Shown here: piece after piece, positions 25,730 through 39,700 of the stretch
How the letters are laid out: each line of letters begins with the position of its first letter
How positions within the stretch are numbered: the first letter of the stretch is position 1
DNA from: an uncultured virus (IMG/VR IMGVR_UViG_3300045125_000114)
Taxonomy: Duplodnaviria > Heunggongvirae > Uroviricota > Caudoviricetes
Reading direction: 5' to 3' (one strand)
Length of the DNA stretch: 64,000 nt
Virus record (IMG/VR): IMGVR_UViG_3300045125_000114
Notes under the pieces: model-generated
The model's input: the letters and a program-made list of their open reading frames with translations, nothing else
Told to the model about the DNA's origin: nothing
Databases searched by the model: none
Translations under genes and position numbers: made by a program

Positions 25730-26229
25730 TAAATTCTCCTTCGGTCATTGGTCCGAATTCCATAATAGCTTATCACACAAGTCATTACAATCGGAGGCAT
25801 TGAAAGTCCTTCTGCACAGTAATGGTGAAATTAAGACGGGAAAAGTAAAATATCAAACGCAGGGCCATTCAATTAAGGGATAGAAATGATTTGTTCCTTC
25901 GTAATTGGGACCGGCGAAACTTCCGTTGCAAACCCGGTGGTATCAGCCATTGCTAGTCAGGTCAATAGTTCTTCATAGGCTCACATCCCATCCATTGAGG
26001 TTTTTCTGCAGCAGTTTTCGGTGAATGTCATACCCGCCAATCAGGTAAACCCCCGGACAGGGGTAGAGGCGACCTTCCCGGTTTACGGATCGGCTTCTGA
26101 ACTTTGCCTTTCAACTTCGGGATCGGCTTTCCCGGTTGATGACGTTTTGAAGTTCGATCACCCCGGCAGATACAGTGGCTCGTTCATTTCTACGGATTAT
26201 AATCGCCAAGTGCCGCGTCGAAATCCCAC

Positions 26230-26618
26230 TTACAGATCTGTCAATTGATCGCCAGACTCTTCTTCTTCTCTTTGCAGCCAGAAATTTCGCATATCTTTCC
26301 TTCAGTTCTAAGTACTTCTTTGTAGACCGGTACAACTGTCGAAAGTGTCCAAGCACGCATGTGGTGAAGAAATTGAAAGCTTACCTACCAGCATTCGGAT
26401 TGTATCGGTCTAGTTTTTCCCAAAGACATTTACGACTCAGACCTTCGTGCCTCATGTCAGTTCTCTTTTGTCGAGGGGCATTTTCTCACATTTCTAATTA
26501 CTCTCATCGACTAAATTTGTGAAGCAATTGTTCAATTCGATGGCCGCATACAACGATTCTTCGCCTTCCGACAGCTTCTGTGTGTTTTTTATGCTATCTT
26601 CGAGGTGTTGGTTGTCCA
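26230..26618 (-). CDS. Hypothetical protein ending in basic stretch + WRSID
   Basis: MDNQHLEDS... to AAKRRRRVWRSID. Confidence 0.45.
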
Positions 26619-27104
26619 TTAGACGAAATCGAAAAAGCCTCCAGTTCCTGCGATTTGCATCTGCTCGGTCTTACTAGGTCGGGAATGGCCACCATGCTGT
26701 ACAAATTTCGCCGCGCGTTCATTTCTGCAGTGCCATCTCGTTCAAAAGTGTAATGTTCGCCTCTGAATAAGAAAAGTTCACTGGAAGTAAAACACCTGGG
26801 ACGGAATATCTGGGACCAATCCTGGTTTATCACCGATTGGTTGGTACGAGTGATGAATATGACTGTTTGTCGTGTCCACTTTCTTGGTGGAACCTCCCGA
26901 CGTACCGCCATCAACAACATTCTGAGAGTGTAAAAATTGAAGTTGAACCCCAATAAAATGTTCAAGCTAGAGAAGCCGCAAGTGCTTTCCTTTGTAAGAA
27001 TAGGTTGGGGAAATTCCAATGACTACGATCCCCTATCTTGTATTCTATAACGGCTGTAATGCGACCGTAGGCTTTAATCGGACTGTATTTCTTTGGTTGC
27101 TCAT
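26619..27104 (-). CDS. Baseplate/tail-fibre attachment-type protein
   Basis: Stitched SEAN..LNEMALQ..LYSM...NWRL; lies directly downstream of the wedge gene. Confidence 0.55.
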
Positions 27105-30100
27105 ATCTCCCCTTGCTCGGTAGAGCCGTCTGGCCCATTCAATGTTAAAGCTCACGCCTTCGGTCTGTGACACCGTTTCTGCAACATTATCTGCAGGACA
27201 AAAGCCTCAACCTCCACATAGAAAACGGCATCGGACCTTCGATGGTCCGATCTATGACTCACGGCCTTCACGATCATGTCTCAACGTGTGCGGCCCCAAG
27301 TCAATTAAGCGTCTGTCAGGTCAATTCTTCCGGTGTATTGGCTGATGCTGAAGGTCACAGACGCGTGACCGCCAGCGGCCCAAGTTTGCCAGTAGGAATC
27401 GGCTCCCGTTCAAGAGTTATGGTCGTGAACTCCGGACGGGCCGTCGCCGTCGATGTCTTCAATGAAGTAATTGTGCTGGCCTTCTCGATTGAAACCAAAA
27501 AGTTCTCTTTGAACCCGTTGTTTTTCAACACGGTCGTCCAGTGCGGTCAAATTCCTGTGCCCGTTCTGGATGCCCAGACCTGGTTTCCAAGTCACCGGCC
27601 ACCCTTAATTTTAGACCCTTCGCGACTCAAACAACCCATTTGGCTGTCTCCAATTCCGGCGGCGGTACGCGTAAGAGCGTGTCCAAAGCCATGGTCTCCA
27701 AGATCGTACAAATCAACATTATAAAACTGGGTCGTCGGTTCCAGACACGAAACCGTTAATTTCAAATTGATCCGCCTCCAAATCCGAACATAACACTTGC
27801 TGCCCCTCGAATCCAAATTCCGCGCATCGGTGAGAGACGCATCGACTTGAACTCGGCCACGGTTGTGAACCGCTATGTTCCCGGTGTCCGAAGCATGTAC
27901 TGTACTTCCAGACTCGTTCTTCAGGATGTAAGAAATTCCGCTGAGCGTTAGAAGACGGCAGAGTTCCATCATCCTCTAGCGGTAAAATTCCATTTGGCAA
28001 ACACGTTCAAAACGGCATGGGGGTCGAGCCTATTGTCCGCGGTCCACAGGCACCGGCGGCGTTGCTGTGTTCAGCGTCCCAAACAGATTTCACGCCAAAC
28101 ACGTGGTGAAATCCAGTCTCTCGTCATCAAATACCGAGTGAACATTGTCCTGATATATGTCGCACAATGTATCGGATGTCGTAACACGTTGGCAATTCTG
28201 AACGTGAAAGCCGAGGTGGCATCTGGCCCAGGTGAGCGTCTGCTATCTCAACGGTGTGCTTGTTCGAAATCCAACAGTCGTGGACCCGGAGTTGGCCGAG
28301 GGCGGCAAAACTTCTAATGATCGCTCCATCCGCCATGCCGATTCGGTCAAATCTAACGTCCGGCGAGAACACCGTAACCGGCATCGTTGTGCGGTTCCGA
28401 CATCGGCAGCAACTACGGCCGAGGACGTGACGCCGCCTCTAGTTATTTTCAGTCGTCGTACCCTTTTTCATCGCCCGGTTGAACCAAGACTGACCCTCAC
28501 CGGCCAACACGAATTCGCCGCCACGAACGTTCACCAGTATCTCATACTCTTCGACCGGCGGCTGGACGAACTCGTTTATCCCGCCAGTAAAGTTCATGAT
28601 ATGCAGGACCGCATGAAAGGGCACAAATTCCTTTATCACGTCTCTGGCTTCCACTATTCGGTCGTCGGACAGGTTCTCGATTTCAAGTCTATGTTGAACT
28701 TACTTCCGAGACACGCACCACACGGGTCCAAGAAATCTTTTCCAATGTCGCAAGGCAGTTTTGAATTCCTGATGCTGCCGTTGTGTTCGTCTTTGTTGTA
28801 TGCGTTTTCCGAATACCCCGAACTCGGTACGCACTTGACCGAACACCAGTTCTTCGTGGAAACGGATGACGCTCAAGGTATCACAACATCGAAAAGGGGA
28901 TCGTCTTCTTCGATCACCTTTACGTTCCAATTCTTTAACGGGTAGTCCTGACTTCGTTCATCCCTCTGATCGGCCAGTTGAAGGCTGCGAACATAATTCT
29001 CAATTGTTTGTGCCAGGTCGTCTGGAACTTCCTTGTACTTGTACAACACCCTTTATTGTGTCGCCTTTAATCAAATCAATTGCGTCTATCGACAACGTGT
29101 TGCCGACCCATGTCATGATCGTGACCCCGTTCTCGGTGTCAAACGTGACGTAATCGGAACTCAGGGAGATGTATGTGTCTTCGTCAAAAGGACGCAGCCA
29201 AAGTTCAAAGTTGTCTTGGTCAACCGGCAGTGCTACTTTTTCAAGTTCCCAATAAGAGTTGGTTCCGTCGTAAACGAAAGCCTCGACCCATGTGTACTGA
29301 GACGACCACCTGCCAAAGCTTTGTCAGCTTGGACATTGTGATTCCGGCCTCGAGCCAGAGCCGTCTCCTTAATCCCAGCTTCGTTCCTTTCTTTTTGAAC
29401 AAAGGAATGGCGTTCTTGATTTGCCGCCGCCACAAAGTCGGATCGTTGGTTTTCAGTTTCAGGTCGAACAAGTTTGCAAAAGGGGCAGGAAGTGTTCGTG
29501 AGTGCTGTTGGCGTCTAACAGGTCAACGATTTGGTTAGCCAAATCTTCCAAAGTGGTGAACCCGCTGGCGACCGATTTGTTGAACTTTTCCAAAACGTCC
29601 GGCGTTCTGTCGTCGTCGGCCAGCTTCATCTTGAACATTTCCGGCAAGTACCGTTCGAGCAGAGTTTCGTACTTGTCGGGGTTCGTGTAGTGGCTCGGAA
29701 TACTGGTTGTTACAACCGTATTGCCGCCCAAGCTGAACTTGACGTGCTGGGACAACCGTTCGCCAGCAGCCAGTGGGGTCCAAGTCCAACAGATGAAGTA
29801 ATCACCTTCCCGGAACCCCGTGGTGTCCCAAGAATATTGAAACTTGCCGTATACCGGATTGCCGTCTTCGTCTTCGATGACTTGAGCAACAAAAGCGTTA
29901 TCGGTGTCGGTCGAAATCCAAGCCGGAAAGAACTGTTACCTACAACGTGGATCGGCTTCGCCTCGTTGTAAAAGAACGGGGGTGGTCGCCGCCCGACTGT
30001 CGGCCTCGGCCCTTAGCCTTTTTGCTTCTGCAATGTTCTCGTCGGTCGGGTTGTCACAAGCAATTTCTCGGCGGCTTCTGGCGGCAGCCAGTTTGTCGTC

Positions 30101-30287
30101 TTGGTAATTTACTTCCTCGTACTTCCGAAGGTTCGGATTGCTGAAGTCCCGCTCGACGTAGTAAATAGTTACCGAATCGACCTTGTACGGGTCGTTAATG
30201 AAACACCCAGAGGCGTTCGGGCGTCAACAGGTCGAAAACGATTGTGTCGGTAACGACCGGGTTATCTTCGATGGTAACTATTGCCAT
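27101..30287 (-). CDS. Large baseplate wedge protein (P2 gpI / T4 gp7-like)
   Basis: LERYLPEMF, LLDAN...FLPLL..LFDL, WRRQIKNAIPLFKKKGT, IKEFVPFHA. Confidence 0.8.
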
Positions 30288-31840
30288 TTACTCGTAAATA
30301 AATGCTATGGTGATGTTGTCCGGCCTAATTATTTCGTTGAATTTTGCCGTCACGGTCTGACCGCTATTCTCTTCGTCGTCGGTAATATATGATATTTCGT
30401 ACCTGTTGATTTCGTTGATGTCCGACAGTTCTTTGATTAGGTCAGTGTCCCGCAAAGTTTTGCCGTACTCCCAATTGTTTAGGCCAAAAATCGGTCAACA
30501 CGCCTTCTGACCGTTCACGGAACTCGTCCTCGAACTTGCGATAGAATTTGTCCATTACCACGTCAATGGATATGTCGGTGGTTATGACGAAACTGTTTCT
30601 TATACAGACTTCGTCTGTAAACATTTTTACGCCATCCATGTACTCTGAAGGGCAACCTTCAATTCGTCCGACGCCTCCTCAAGACCCGTGTCCCCGTTCC
30701 GAGCAAGAACATACAGATCAATGATATTGGCGGCACAATCTGCAATTTCTGAGTACGGCCGTCGATTTGCCCACTTGTCCATTGAAAGGCGTGGCGAACT
30801 GATCGGTTAGCGTCTTGTAGTCCAGTCCAGTGACCGCTCTTTGCTGCGTGCGCATCCAACTCGGCATCTTGCGACGAATGTCTTCCAGTGTGTCGCCGTC
30901 GTATCCGAACTCGCCCTTGGTGTAGTTTCTGAAATTCACAGGTATGCTGAATTCCAGACCGGGCACATTGACAACAGTTTGCGTTTGGACGAAACCGGTT
31001 ACGATGTTGCCGACCGTGCCGCCGCCTTCACGGTACGTTACGAGAATTTTCGATCCGGCCGACGGGAGCAATCCTGCACGGTTGTTGCCGAAAATGACAT
31101 AAGCCGTGTAGGTACTGTCGAACTCGACCCGGTACTCACGGCGGGGCTGAGAATCCGTGAAATATTCAACTTGAGTCCAACCACACCGTCAACGTCTACC
31201 CTAATTGAGTCCCAAATAACCGGGAAGTTTGTCAGTTGTATCGTCTGCCCAATACCGCTGTCGCTGGTCACTTCCTGAGTTCTAGTTCTGCCCTCCACGC
31301 CGACAACCGAAGCGTTCACGATACTACCGGCCGGAATGATAATGTCTTGGTCGAAAATGGGGTTGTTGTTCTGATCGGCGGGGAACAGTTCGATGAAAAT
31401 ACTCGACGTGCCCGACTGAACGGCAATGTCGAGCGGTGCCGGAACCGGAATGTCTGTCAGAATTGGGTTGTTGATGGTCGCCGTCCACATGGACCGTGCC
31501 GCAATAGGCGGCTGCGGTTGGAACCCGGTCAGTTTAGACAGCCGGAACCCGTTTTCTATCTCCGTGACAGTGTCGATGAATATTTCGTTGGCTATTTGAT
31601 CCATTTTGAAAGACAAAGTGTCGGCCAAAAACGCCCAATTCTCAATCAACATAATGGCAAGAGAAGACTCAACGAAGTCGGAAAATTCCTTCGTGAAGTT
31701 TTGCTTTGATGAAACCCACCAAACGAGACTTCATCGACCAAAAGTCTTGGTTGGTGTAATTCAAATTGAATATGTTGGGCTTAGTTATAACGCTCAGCCT
31801 GGGCGTATGGCGTTACGTCAAATGGACATCCATTGCTCAT
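30288..31840 (-). CDS. Baseplate wedge subunit (T4 gp6 / P2 gpJ-like)
   Basis: NYTNQDF, SDFVESS, MLIENWAFLADTLSF, YREGGG..GN, RAVTGLDY. Confidence 0.9.
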
Positions 31841-31843
31841 GTA

Positions 31844-32267
31844 TTATGCTCCAGCCAGCGGTATTTCAAGTTTCAGTTCTTGTATTTCTTATGTTTTCCG
31901 GGTCAACAAATATTATTCGCATGCTCAGCACGTTGTATATTTCTGCTGCAATCGTCCGACGAGTTCAACGAGGTTTCATCAATTAGATTCGTAACTTCTA
32001 TCTGCTGAACGGCCAACCCTCGGCTCCCACTGCTGAATAGAGTTAACGATCATCTGCCTTGCTTTGGACTCCAGGCCGGTGTCATTTGGTTCAAAACCAA
32101 CTGTCGTAAAGGAGTGCCGAAAGCCGGTAAAAACGCACGTTCGCCGGGGTTTGTCAACAATAAGACCAACAAGTCGGATTTGATCTGGTTGATCCCTTCC
32201 TGAGTGTGAAAGAACCCACAGCGCGTGTTTCCTAACCGGACACGAGGATGCCAAGAAATTTGCTCAT
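31844..32267 (-). CDS. Baseplate wedge subunit gp25-like
   Basis: IKSDLLVLLLTNPGERAFLPAFGTPLR, IQQWEPRV. Confidence 0.92.
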
Positions 32268-32276
32268 ACATCTCCC

Positions 32277-34415
32277 TTATTCGTTACACGGCGTACTTTC
32301 CGGGCACTTAATCAGCGGCGACATCACTTGAAAATGGACGCCGGTGAAGCGTATTCAAACTCGAAGACGCCGAAACACGGTCGCGCTCAACCCGATGCGT
32401 ACCCGCCGACGTAAACCAAAGCCGGCCTGACGTTGCTGGTCCGGCACCCGCTGTTTGACGAGAATTTGCGTCTTTGTCGCCCGCCATGAGCAAGATTCGT
32501 TCTTTTTGCCAGGAACAAATGCGTCTTGTCGGAAACGTTGAGGTAAACGTCCTTCGTGTAGACCATTTTTCTTCCTTGACACTATCTCGATCTTGTCCGA
32601 AGGATTGTTGGCGGTGTCGCCGACCACTTCGATCATGTTGTCGTAGGTCATTGCAACGTATCGTTACCACCGGCCCTCAAAAACACAAGTCCCGGCCCCG
32701 ACGGAGACTCCTGATATCGGTGTATGTGCGGACCACGATCCTTGTTGTCTTTTTTGCGGCAGAACAACTGGATGTGTTGCTGGACAGTTTGCTCTTGACT
32801 GTTTTCGTCTTTCATCAAGATTTCTAGTCCGTAGCCCGACCTGATCCTGACGAACGCTTTTTTCGCCTTCTTGACGGGAGCGTAACCGCCTTCCATCCGA
32901 CACGGGCCGCACTGTTCGTTGGTGTCATCAATCAGTTCTACGGTATGGCCGCTTGTGCTGCCGACAAATACGCCACGTTTCTCACCGGCTACGTTCGGAG
33001 GACACCCAGGACAATCCTTTTGGGCTACGGTGTGATCGTTCAGTTCGATCTTGTTCCCACCGGCACTCAGGAGGCGTATGTAGTTATCCTCGCCCTCAAT
33101 TTCGCATCCGCTTCCAGATCGCTCATTTCGATCATGTGACCGGTGGCCGATTTCCAATACGTTCTACCAACAAATTTGTCGTTACACCCGAAATCAAACG
33201 ACTCGGTGCTGCGTTCCCATTCCGGTTCGCCCGACGGTTCTTCGACCGAATCATCGAACACCATTGTGTGACCGGAAATCGACATGATTTGGATGCCGGT
33301 TTGTGTGCAAATCACAACGATTGTTCTGAGGAGTTCCCGGCCCCTTGTACGGACGGCACTCGTTCTCGTGTTTGAAATAAGGGTTGGCACCTTTTTGCTT
33401 CTGGTAGTGCTTTGCTCTTTTGGGTGCCCGGTTGCCGGATGCCCGCCGATGATTTTCTTGCTGCTTTCCTTGCCCTCACAGGCAACCGTAGTTTCTTTCT
33501 TATCTCCTTCAATTGGGACGGCACTGGTTGTATTGGCGTCGTTAGAACTTTCGTCCCCGGCCGTGTTAAGACCGCTGAATCTCGTAATGTCTTCAGACTG
33601 AGAGCCTTCATCTTGCCCTTCGATACAGCTAACGTCGGCATCTTCTACGCCGCAATCCGGGTGGGACCATTGTCCGGCGTAGTGCAAGTGGTCGTCTTTC
33701 AACATGATCCAGTTGCCACAAGACGACATAATTCCATCCGCTTCCAACGACGGTTACACTTGGGGTCGCCATCGACCATTTTTACCATGTGTTTTTCTGG
33801 CGTCTTGAAACCGTATATGAGGGTATGTGATCCGCTTCTGAGCTTCAGGGTTGTTTGCGAAGTCAAACAATGGAAGACAAGTCGAACCCGTTGTAACTTT
33901 CGGTGTTCCACGGCGGGAACACTTGAGACTCGTCGTTGGGTCCAACAAGATATCCCTTCCGGTGCCCCTCCCAGATTTTGTAGTATTCGTCTATGTTGAA
34001 GCCCCAATTGTGTGCGTTTTGGGGACCACGGTTCCTGTGCCAAGTTGTGCCGATATAAAAAAGGCGAAGCGCGTGCCCGTTTTCAAACAAAATACAGACG
34101 GTGGACCCGGCCGGTGGAACCCAGGACAGTCCGCAGTCATCGAACCCGCCCCATAGCCGAAATGGGCAAAGCCCACGGCATTTCTTTGATCGGGCTTTGC
34201 GGATCGTGCAGTAGCGGCGAGAAGAACCTGACTCGGTTCTGCTTCCATATGTCAATGGTTTCAATCACCAGGGCCGTTGTCATGCCGTAGTGGTTTTCAA
34301 ACTGTTGGTGAATTTGCGACTTGAAGTCTTCTGTGTTAAAGTTTCTGGAGCCGTGAAATCGCCCTCCTTCATGTCGGTTTCAAGAGCAGCCAGACGATTC
34401 TCCAAATTGGTTCAT
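32277..34415 (-). CDS. Baseplate central spike (gp5/VgrG-like)
   Basis: OB-fold WVPPAGSTVCILFENG; repeated beta motifs SISGHTMVFDD, SATGHMIEMSD, STSGHTVELID. Confidence 0.85.
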
Positions 34416-35897
34416 TTATCCTCTTTATTCCCACCAGATTTATCGTTTTTGAACTTGGTGCTTCCGCAACCCTTGCCGCCCAACGGTTCTCCTGGCTCGA
34501 TGTCTGCGTTCGGGGCTTCCAAGAATACTTTGAGTGTGGTGACGTAAGACCCTTCACGAATTGAGTGGTTTACGCCTTTAATCATCCACTTTTTGTTTGT
34601 GAAAGTTCTGTGACAGACGGGTTTCGCCAACCAGTCGCAACTGCCCTGACTGTTCGTGATGTAGTACGGGTTAATTACAATGATGGAAACGAATTTAGCA
34701 TAAATCGAGTGGTCGGCCATTGAAGGATCACCGACCAGTCTCAATTCGGCTTCGATGGCTTTTGGAACTTCGATGAACCGAGTCGCAGCGGCATGGGCGG
34801 CGTTTGACTCTTGGTTCTTTTTCGCCTGCTGATCCATCGGTCGCCACATGCTGTCCGTTCCGGGGCAAGACCCGGCCCACTGAGTACCGACTTGTTCGAT
34901 CTGCGATCCGGGCCGACCTTCAACTTTGGAAGACCCGCCGGAAACCGCACCGCCGGAAATACCGCCGGAGCCGGGGTTGCCGGACAAAACCCCACTGGAC
35001 GGTCGGATTGAATTGCAAAACTGGACTGCAATCCCCGCCCCCGACAATATAAGTCCCCAAGTTGTTGTTGCAGCACGGGTCGTTGGCGTTGGGAGATGGG
35101 TTCGGGTCTTCCAACAGTAACAGAACGGGGTGATCTTCGTCTTGTTTCCATTTGAAGAAAATGCCTTTATCGTTTTCCGTAGTTAGACCGGAAATCCATT
35201 TGCGAACCGTCGCCAATGCGTTCTGGTTGTCGGTCGTCCACACCGACCTCGGACCCGCTTTGCCACCGTCGCTGTTTTTGAAATTCCACTCTTTGCCGCT
35301 GATGTCAACGAACCGAACGTCTTTTATGCTGGGCAACTCCTCTCAAACATGGCACGAATAGCCTGTTTGAGAGGCACTTTCATGTCCTCTCTGCCCTGGT
35401 TTTTGTCCACACGTTTTTCCGCAAGGCGACCCTGAAGGTCGGTCCCCTCAAGGACGTATTTGATGCGACCGTTTTCGAGTGTGGTTTCGAGAATCTTGGG
35501 CATGAAGTACAGAGGTCCGGCCGTGTAATCGGAAACTTGTCGAGAGTAATCCTCCATTACAGTCCTGAATCACCCAGCCGAAATCTATTTTCATCTTTCC
35601 GTAGTCGGCGGTGGCATCGGCAGACCGTCTTGTTCAGATTTTGCATGAATTGATTGGCGTTGCTCCCCTGAACGTCAACAATCTCTATTTTGACCCCGCA
35701 CCGTCCAAAAATCCGTATTCCATTGACTTGATGACGGCGCTGTTGCCGTTGCTGGGCTGCGATCTGTTTCCGACCGTTATGCTCGATCCGCCACCGGCCA
35801 CACCCATTTCAATAAACGGCGCATAAACTGCCCCTTGGGGCAGTTTTTTCAACCGACCACATGAAGCCTCGGCCAAACAGTCAACCGTACAAGGCAT
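34412..35897 (-). CDS. Baseplate hub protein (gp27/gpD-like)
   Basis: AELRLVGDP and WMIKGVNHSIREGSYVTTLKV; position in the module. Confidence 0.75.
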
Positions 35898-35905
35898 TCA
35901 AACCT

Positions 35906-36230
35906 CTTATAAGAAAACAGCATAAGGAATGCGAATGTTGAGTCCGGCTTTGAAATCAAACACGTCTTTGATTTCATTTGCTTCCATAATCTTCCACCAA
36001 AAATCTGAGTAGAATATGCGGCGTTGGACACCAAGTCTGGTCGGTACTCGAACTGTTTGGTTACTACCATGAACTTGTCGTTCTCGTTCGGAGCCAACTC
36101 GTGCTTTTTGTATGTGTTGAACGTCAACAATTTCCGTTCAGTGTAATAACACAACCGTCGAGTCGGCGTACCGACTCGTCGGTGTAACAAATTGAGTCGG
36201 TTCTATGTCCGTTTTCTCGAAATAGTTCAC
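35906..36230 (-). CDS. gp53/LysM-like baseplate protein
   Basis: EYRPDLVSNAAY....WWKIMEAN. Confidence 0.8.
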
Positions 36231-36233
36231 TTA

Positions 36234-36790
36234 TCAGCCCCCTGATTTGAAGATTTTTTCCGCCCCCGGCAGGTTTTCGCTGGAATAAACCACCTCGAAC
36301 GACATATCCACCGTAAACTTGTACGGAAGATACACCGCACCGCCCTGATCGCAGAACAAAGTGTCGTCGTCCCACGGCACGTCTGTCGGGAACTTAACAG
36401 AGTAACTTTTCAATACGCGCAAAGTTCGTCGTCCGCTAAAAGTTTACCACACTTCAGTTTACAAATGGGCGGCGGCTGATACGGGGTTCCGCCACCTGAA
36501 GTTCTCGGATATACTGCGGCTTCGATTGCACGCATGGCGTCCAGATTCTTCTGCACATCCGATCTTTGTGTGGTAATGAACGTAGCCGTCCAAGAAATAG
36601 TTCGGTTGTCGCCGTGAGAGAACGTCTTCACCGGAAACGACCGTCCGATCACCGGCTCGTCGTTGTAGGTCGCACTTTTCGAGTCGGATATGTCCGGCAA
36701 CACCTTCATTACCAATTTGTCTTTCAAAAAAGGCAGTTGGATGTAGCAGCCGCATATCGGTTTTAAGTTGCAATTTACTGTTGCTTTCAT
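36234..36790 (-). CDS. Tail tube-like/tube initiator protein (gp48/gp54/CIS-tube-like)
   Basis: ISDSKSATYNDEPVIGRS.P, PPPICKL, VLKSYSV. Confidence 0.75.
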
Positions 36791-36791
36791 A

Positions 36792-39700
36792 TTACTTCAT
36801 CGCCTTCGCCGCCGTTTGCTTGTGGTGGCCTGTGTACCATTCCCAATATTTCACGAACGGACTGATTATGTTGCTTCCGCTACCTTCACTGCAGCCGCAC
36901 TGCCGCCGCCCTGCTTCGCTTGATTACTAGCTGCTGCAACAAGTCACGCATTTCTTGTTGCAAGGTAACTTCCTGATTGCTGTTTTCCGCAATTTGCTGC
37001 TACTCTCCAGGGGTCATTGCCTGACTGGAGGTTCTGTTCTGCTGCAACTGAGTTTGTTGGTTCGACGGCGGCAGTGTCTTCGGGAATTCGCCGCCACTTT
37101 CTGCGACCGGAGCTGGGATAACCTGTTCGCCCTTGTGCAACATGGCGACACCGTCGTTGAGAATCTGAGTCGAACCTTCGTCAAACCAGTTCATCGGGTT
37201 CAGGTTTCTAACGACTCTCTTCGTGCCTTCCCGGGCCGCCCTTGGCAGTTTCTTTGACGCCGCCCCACATCTTGTCGGTGTCTAGGGTCGCAAGACCGCC
37301 GAGGAACCGAGCCGCCACTGTTCAACATGCTCGGACCACTTTCGCCTCACGTTTCTTGTTTTCTTTCTTCGCTGCCCAACAACGCACCGGCACCGGGGAT
37401 CAAGTCGATAATGAAGTTGACAATCCCTGAAGACTCCGGTGAGATTGTCCCAGAGCCAAGTGCCGATATTTTTTATGCCGCCGACAATATTGTCCCAAAT
37501 CCAACTGCCAATGTTTCCGATACCACCAACAAGGGTGTCCCATAGCCAACTACCAATGTCGGCAATTCCGCCAATGATGTTATCCCAAAGCCATTCGCCA
37601 AGATCGGACAAAGGCTTCTGCAATGGTGTCCCCAAATCCACTCAGCAATACCGACAATCAATCCGCCCAAAGCTTTTACCTCACCTCGATTCGGCAATTT
37701 CAAGAACCACATTACAATGCCTTCAACCAAGTCCGGCACGATGGAGTGACCAACGAGTACGTCGTACAGCCAGCGGAACGGCCACAGGATACCGTCGATA
37801 AGTCCCATGAAGCCGTCTCTACCCATCTGCAAGCCTTCCTTAACGCTTGTGAACATCTTGATGACGCCACGAACCACCTTTACGATGAATCCAATGACCT
37901 TAACGAACATCATCAAAGGCCAAATCAAGAATCTGAGGATGACACCCCCAATTTGACCGATGATCTTGCCAAGCTGTTTCCACGCCGTCCATGAATCCAC
38001 CACCGCCGCCTCCGAACAATTCGGAGAAGAAGTTGTAGATTTCCATGATCGGGTCTTTAATCAAGTCCCACAAATCGGAGAATATACCTCCGATGTCCGA
38101 AATAACTTCCCACACGGCCTTGAATACTTCTACCACAGGCTCGAAGACAGAAGTCAAGCCAGCAACAAACTTCATGATGACTTTGAGTATCCAGCCTATG
38201 AGCGCCCCGATCTGTCTAAATATCCAACCGATGGCCTGACCGGATCCACTTGATTGGTTTCGACACGAGTCCGACAACGCCTCCGAATTCACGGAACGCC
38301 TTGGTCAAACCGCTCGCTTTATCTTCCGTGGCACCGAACATGCCGCCGATCAGTCGAGAACACTTCTTTCAATCCGTCCCAGATCGGTTGAAGAATGTTC
38401 TTGATGCCGTCCCAAATACCTTTCAATATTTCCCAAATCGCTAGTCCGATACCCTTAATCAAGCCCCAAATGACTTCCAGCGTTACGACGATAGGAGCAA
38501 GGATGATCGTGAAGATTTTGTTGTCTTCAAAGAACCTAGCCAGAGCATCGGTCCACTCGTCAAGCGGTGCGATCATGCCGAGGATGCCGAACGTAAGCGA
38601 GTCCAACACGCCGATGAGAAGACCGGCACTCTTGGCCGCATACTTCTTCACTCATCGTTACGTCTTCTTGGGCCTTGCCGAATATCTTGACCGGCACGGT
38701 CGGCAGCATCAAACGCCCGTATCAAACCATCAACACCGGCAATCACCGCAGTTATAATCAAGCCGAGCGGGTTCAACTTGGCAGCCAACTTGCCGAGGCC
38801 GGGCGCCGCCGCCTTCGCTCCACCGGCCACAGCACCCGCACCCTTCGCCATCATGTTCGGAACTTGTGCCAATCCACGCATACCCTTGCCTAGACCCGTC
38901 CCGACTTTCGCCATCGTGAGTCCACCAACAGCGGCTTTCGCACCACGGAATCCTGAGCCAATTCCCTTTGCCGCACTTATCCCGCCCGGACTTAACCAGA
39001 CTTGCGCCTTTGCTGACGGCAGATGTGATCCCTTCAAATGCCGTGGTAATCTTCTTGCCTGCCCATTTGCTAACGCTAACGATTCCATCAATTTGTACTT
39101 TCCACAAGTCCCCGACAGTTTTGATCTTGCTTGCACCCGCAGCCGCAGCCTTGCTCGCCGCCTTGCCACCAGCGGCGGCACCCCCGGCCGCTGCTGCCCC
39201 AGCCGCAGCACTTGGCACCGTCCTCTGGTCCCCGGCTTTGGCTCCGGCTTTTGCACCGCCTTTTGCCCCATCCGAGTCCGAAGTCGACCCATAGCACTCT
39301 GAAGTCCCTTGTACGTCAGGAACGATTGAGCCGCCATAATTGCCAAGGTTGCGGCAATTGAAACAACAGTCAGAGCTATCAAGGCCAACTTACCGGCCAT
39401 GCTGTTGAATAGCTTGCGCTTATTCCACCTTGCGTCATGTCACGCAGGTGGTCGTTGATCTCCATTACGTTCTGTTTGATTTCTCAGAAACCGGGCCTTC
39501 TGCCTTTGTTTTACCGGCGATTCCGGCTTCTTGCTCAAGGCCCGCCAAGTGGTCTTGGAGCATCTTGAATTCGTCTTTATTCTTCAACGCCCTTTCGATC
39601 CGACCGGGGTCCAAAGTAACTGCTTTCTTTCCGTGTGCCGTCCGTTGTGCGTTGATGTTTTCCAAACTCTTTTCAAACGCCTGCCGTGCCCGCCCCGCAC

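Noticed and set aside
30288..36790. Bacterial T6SS, eCIS or tailocin locus
   Set aside because: The context has primase, homing endonucleases, a long tape measure and dense phage-type small genes, with no membrane complex or housekeeping synteny.
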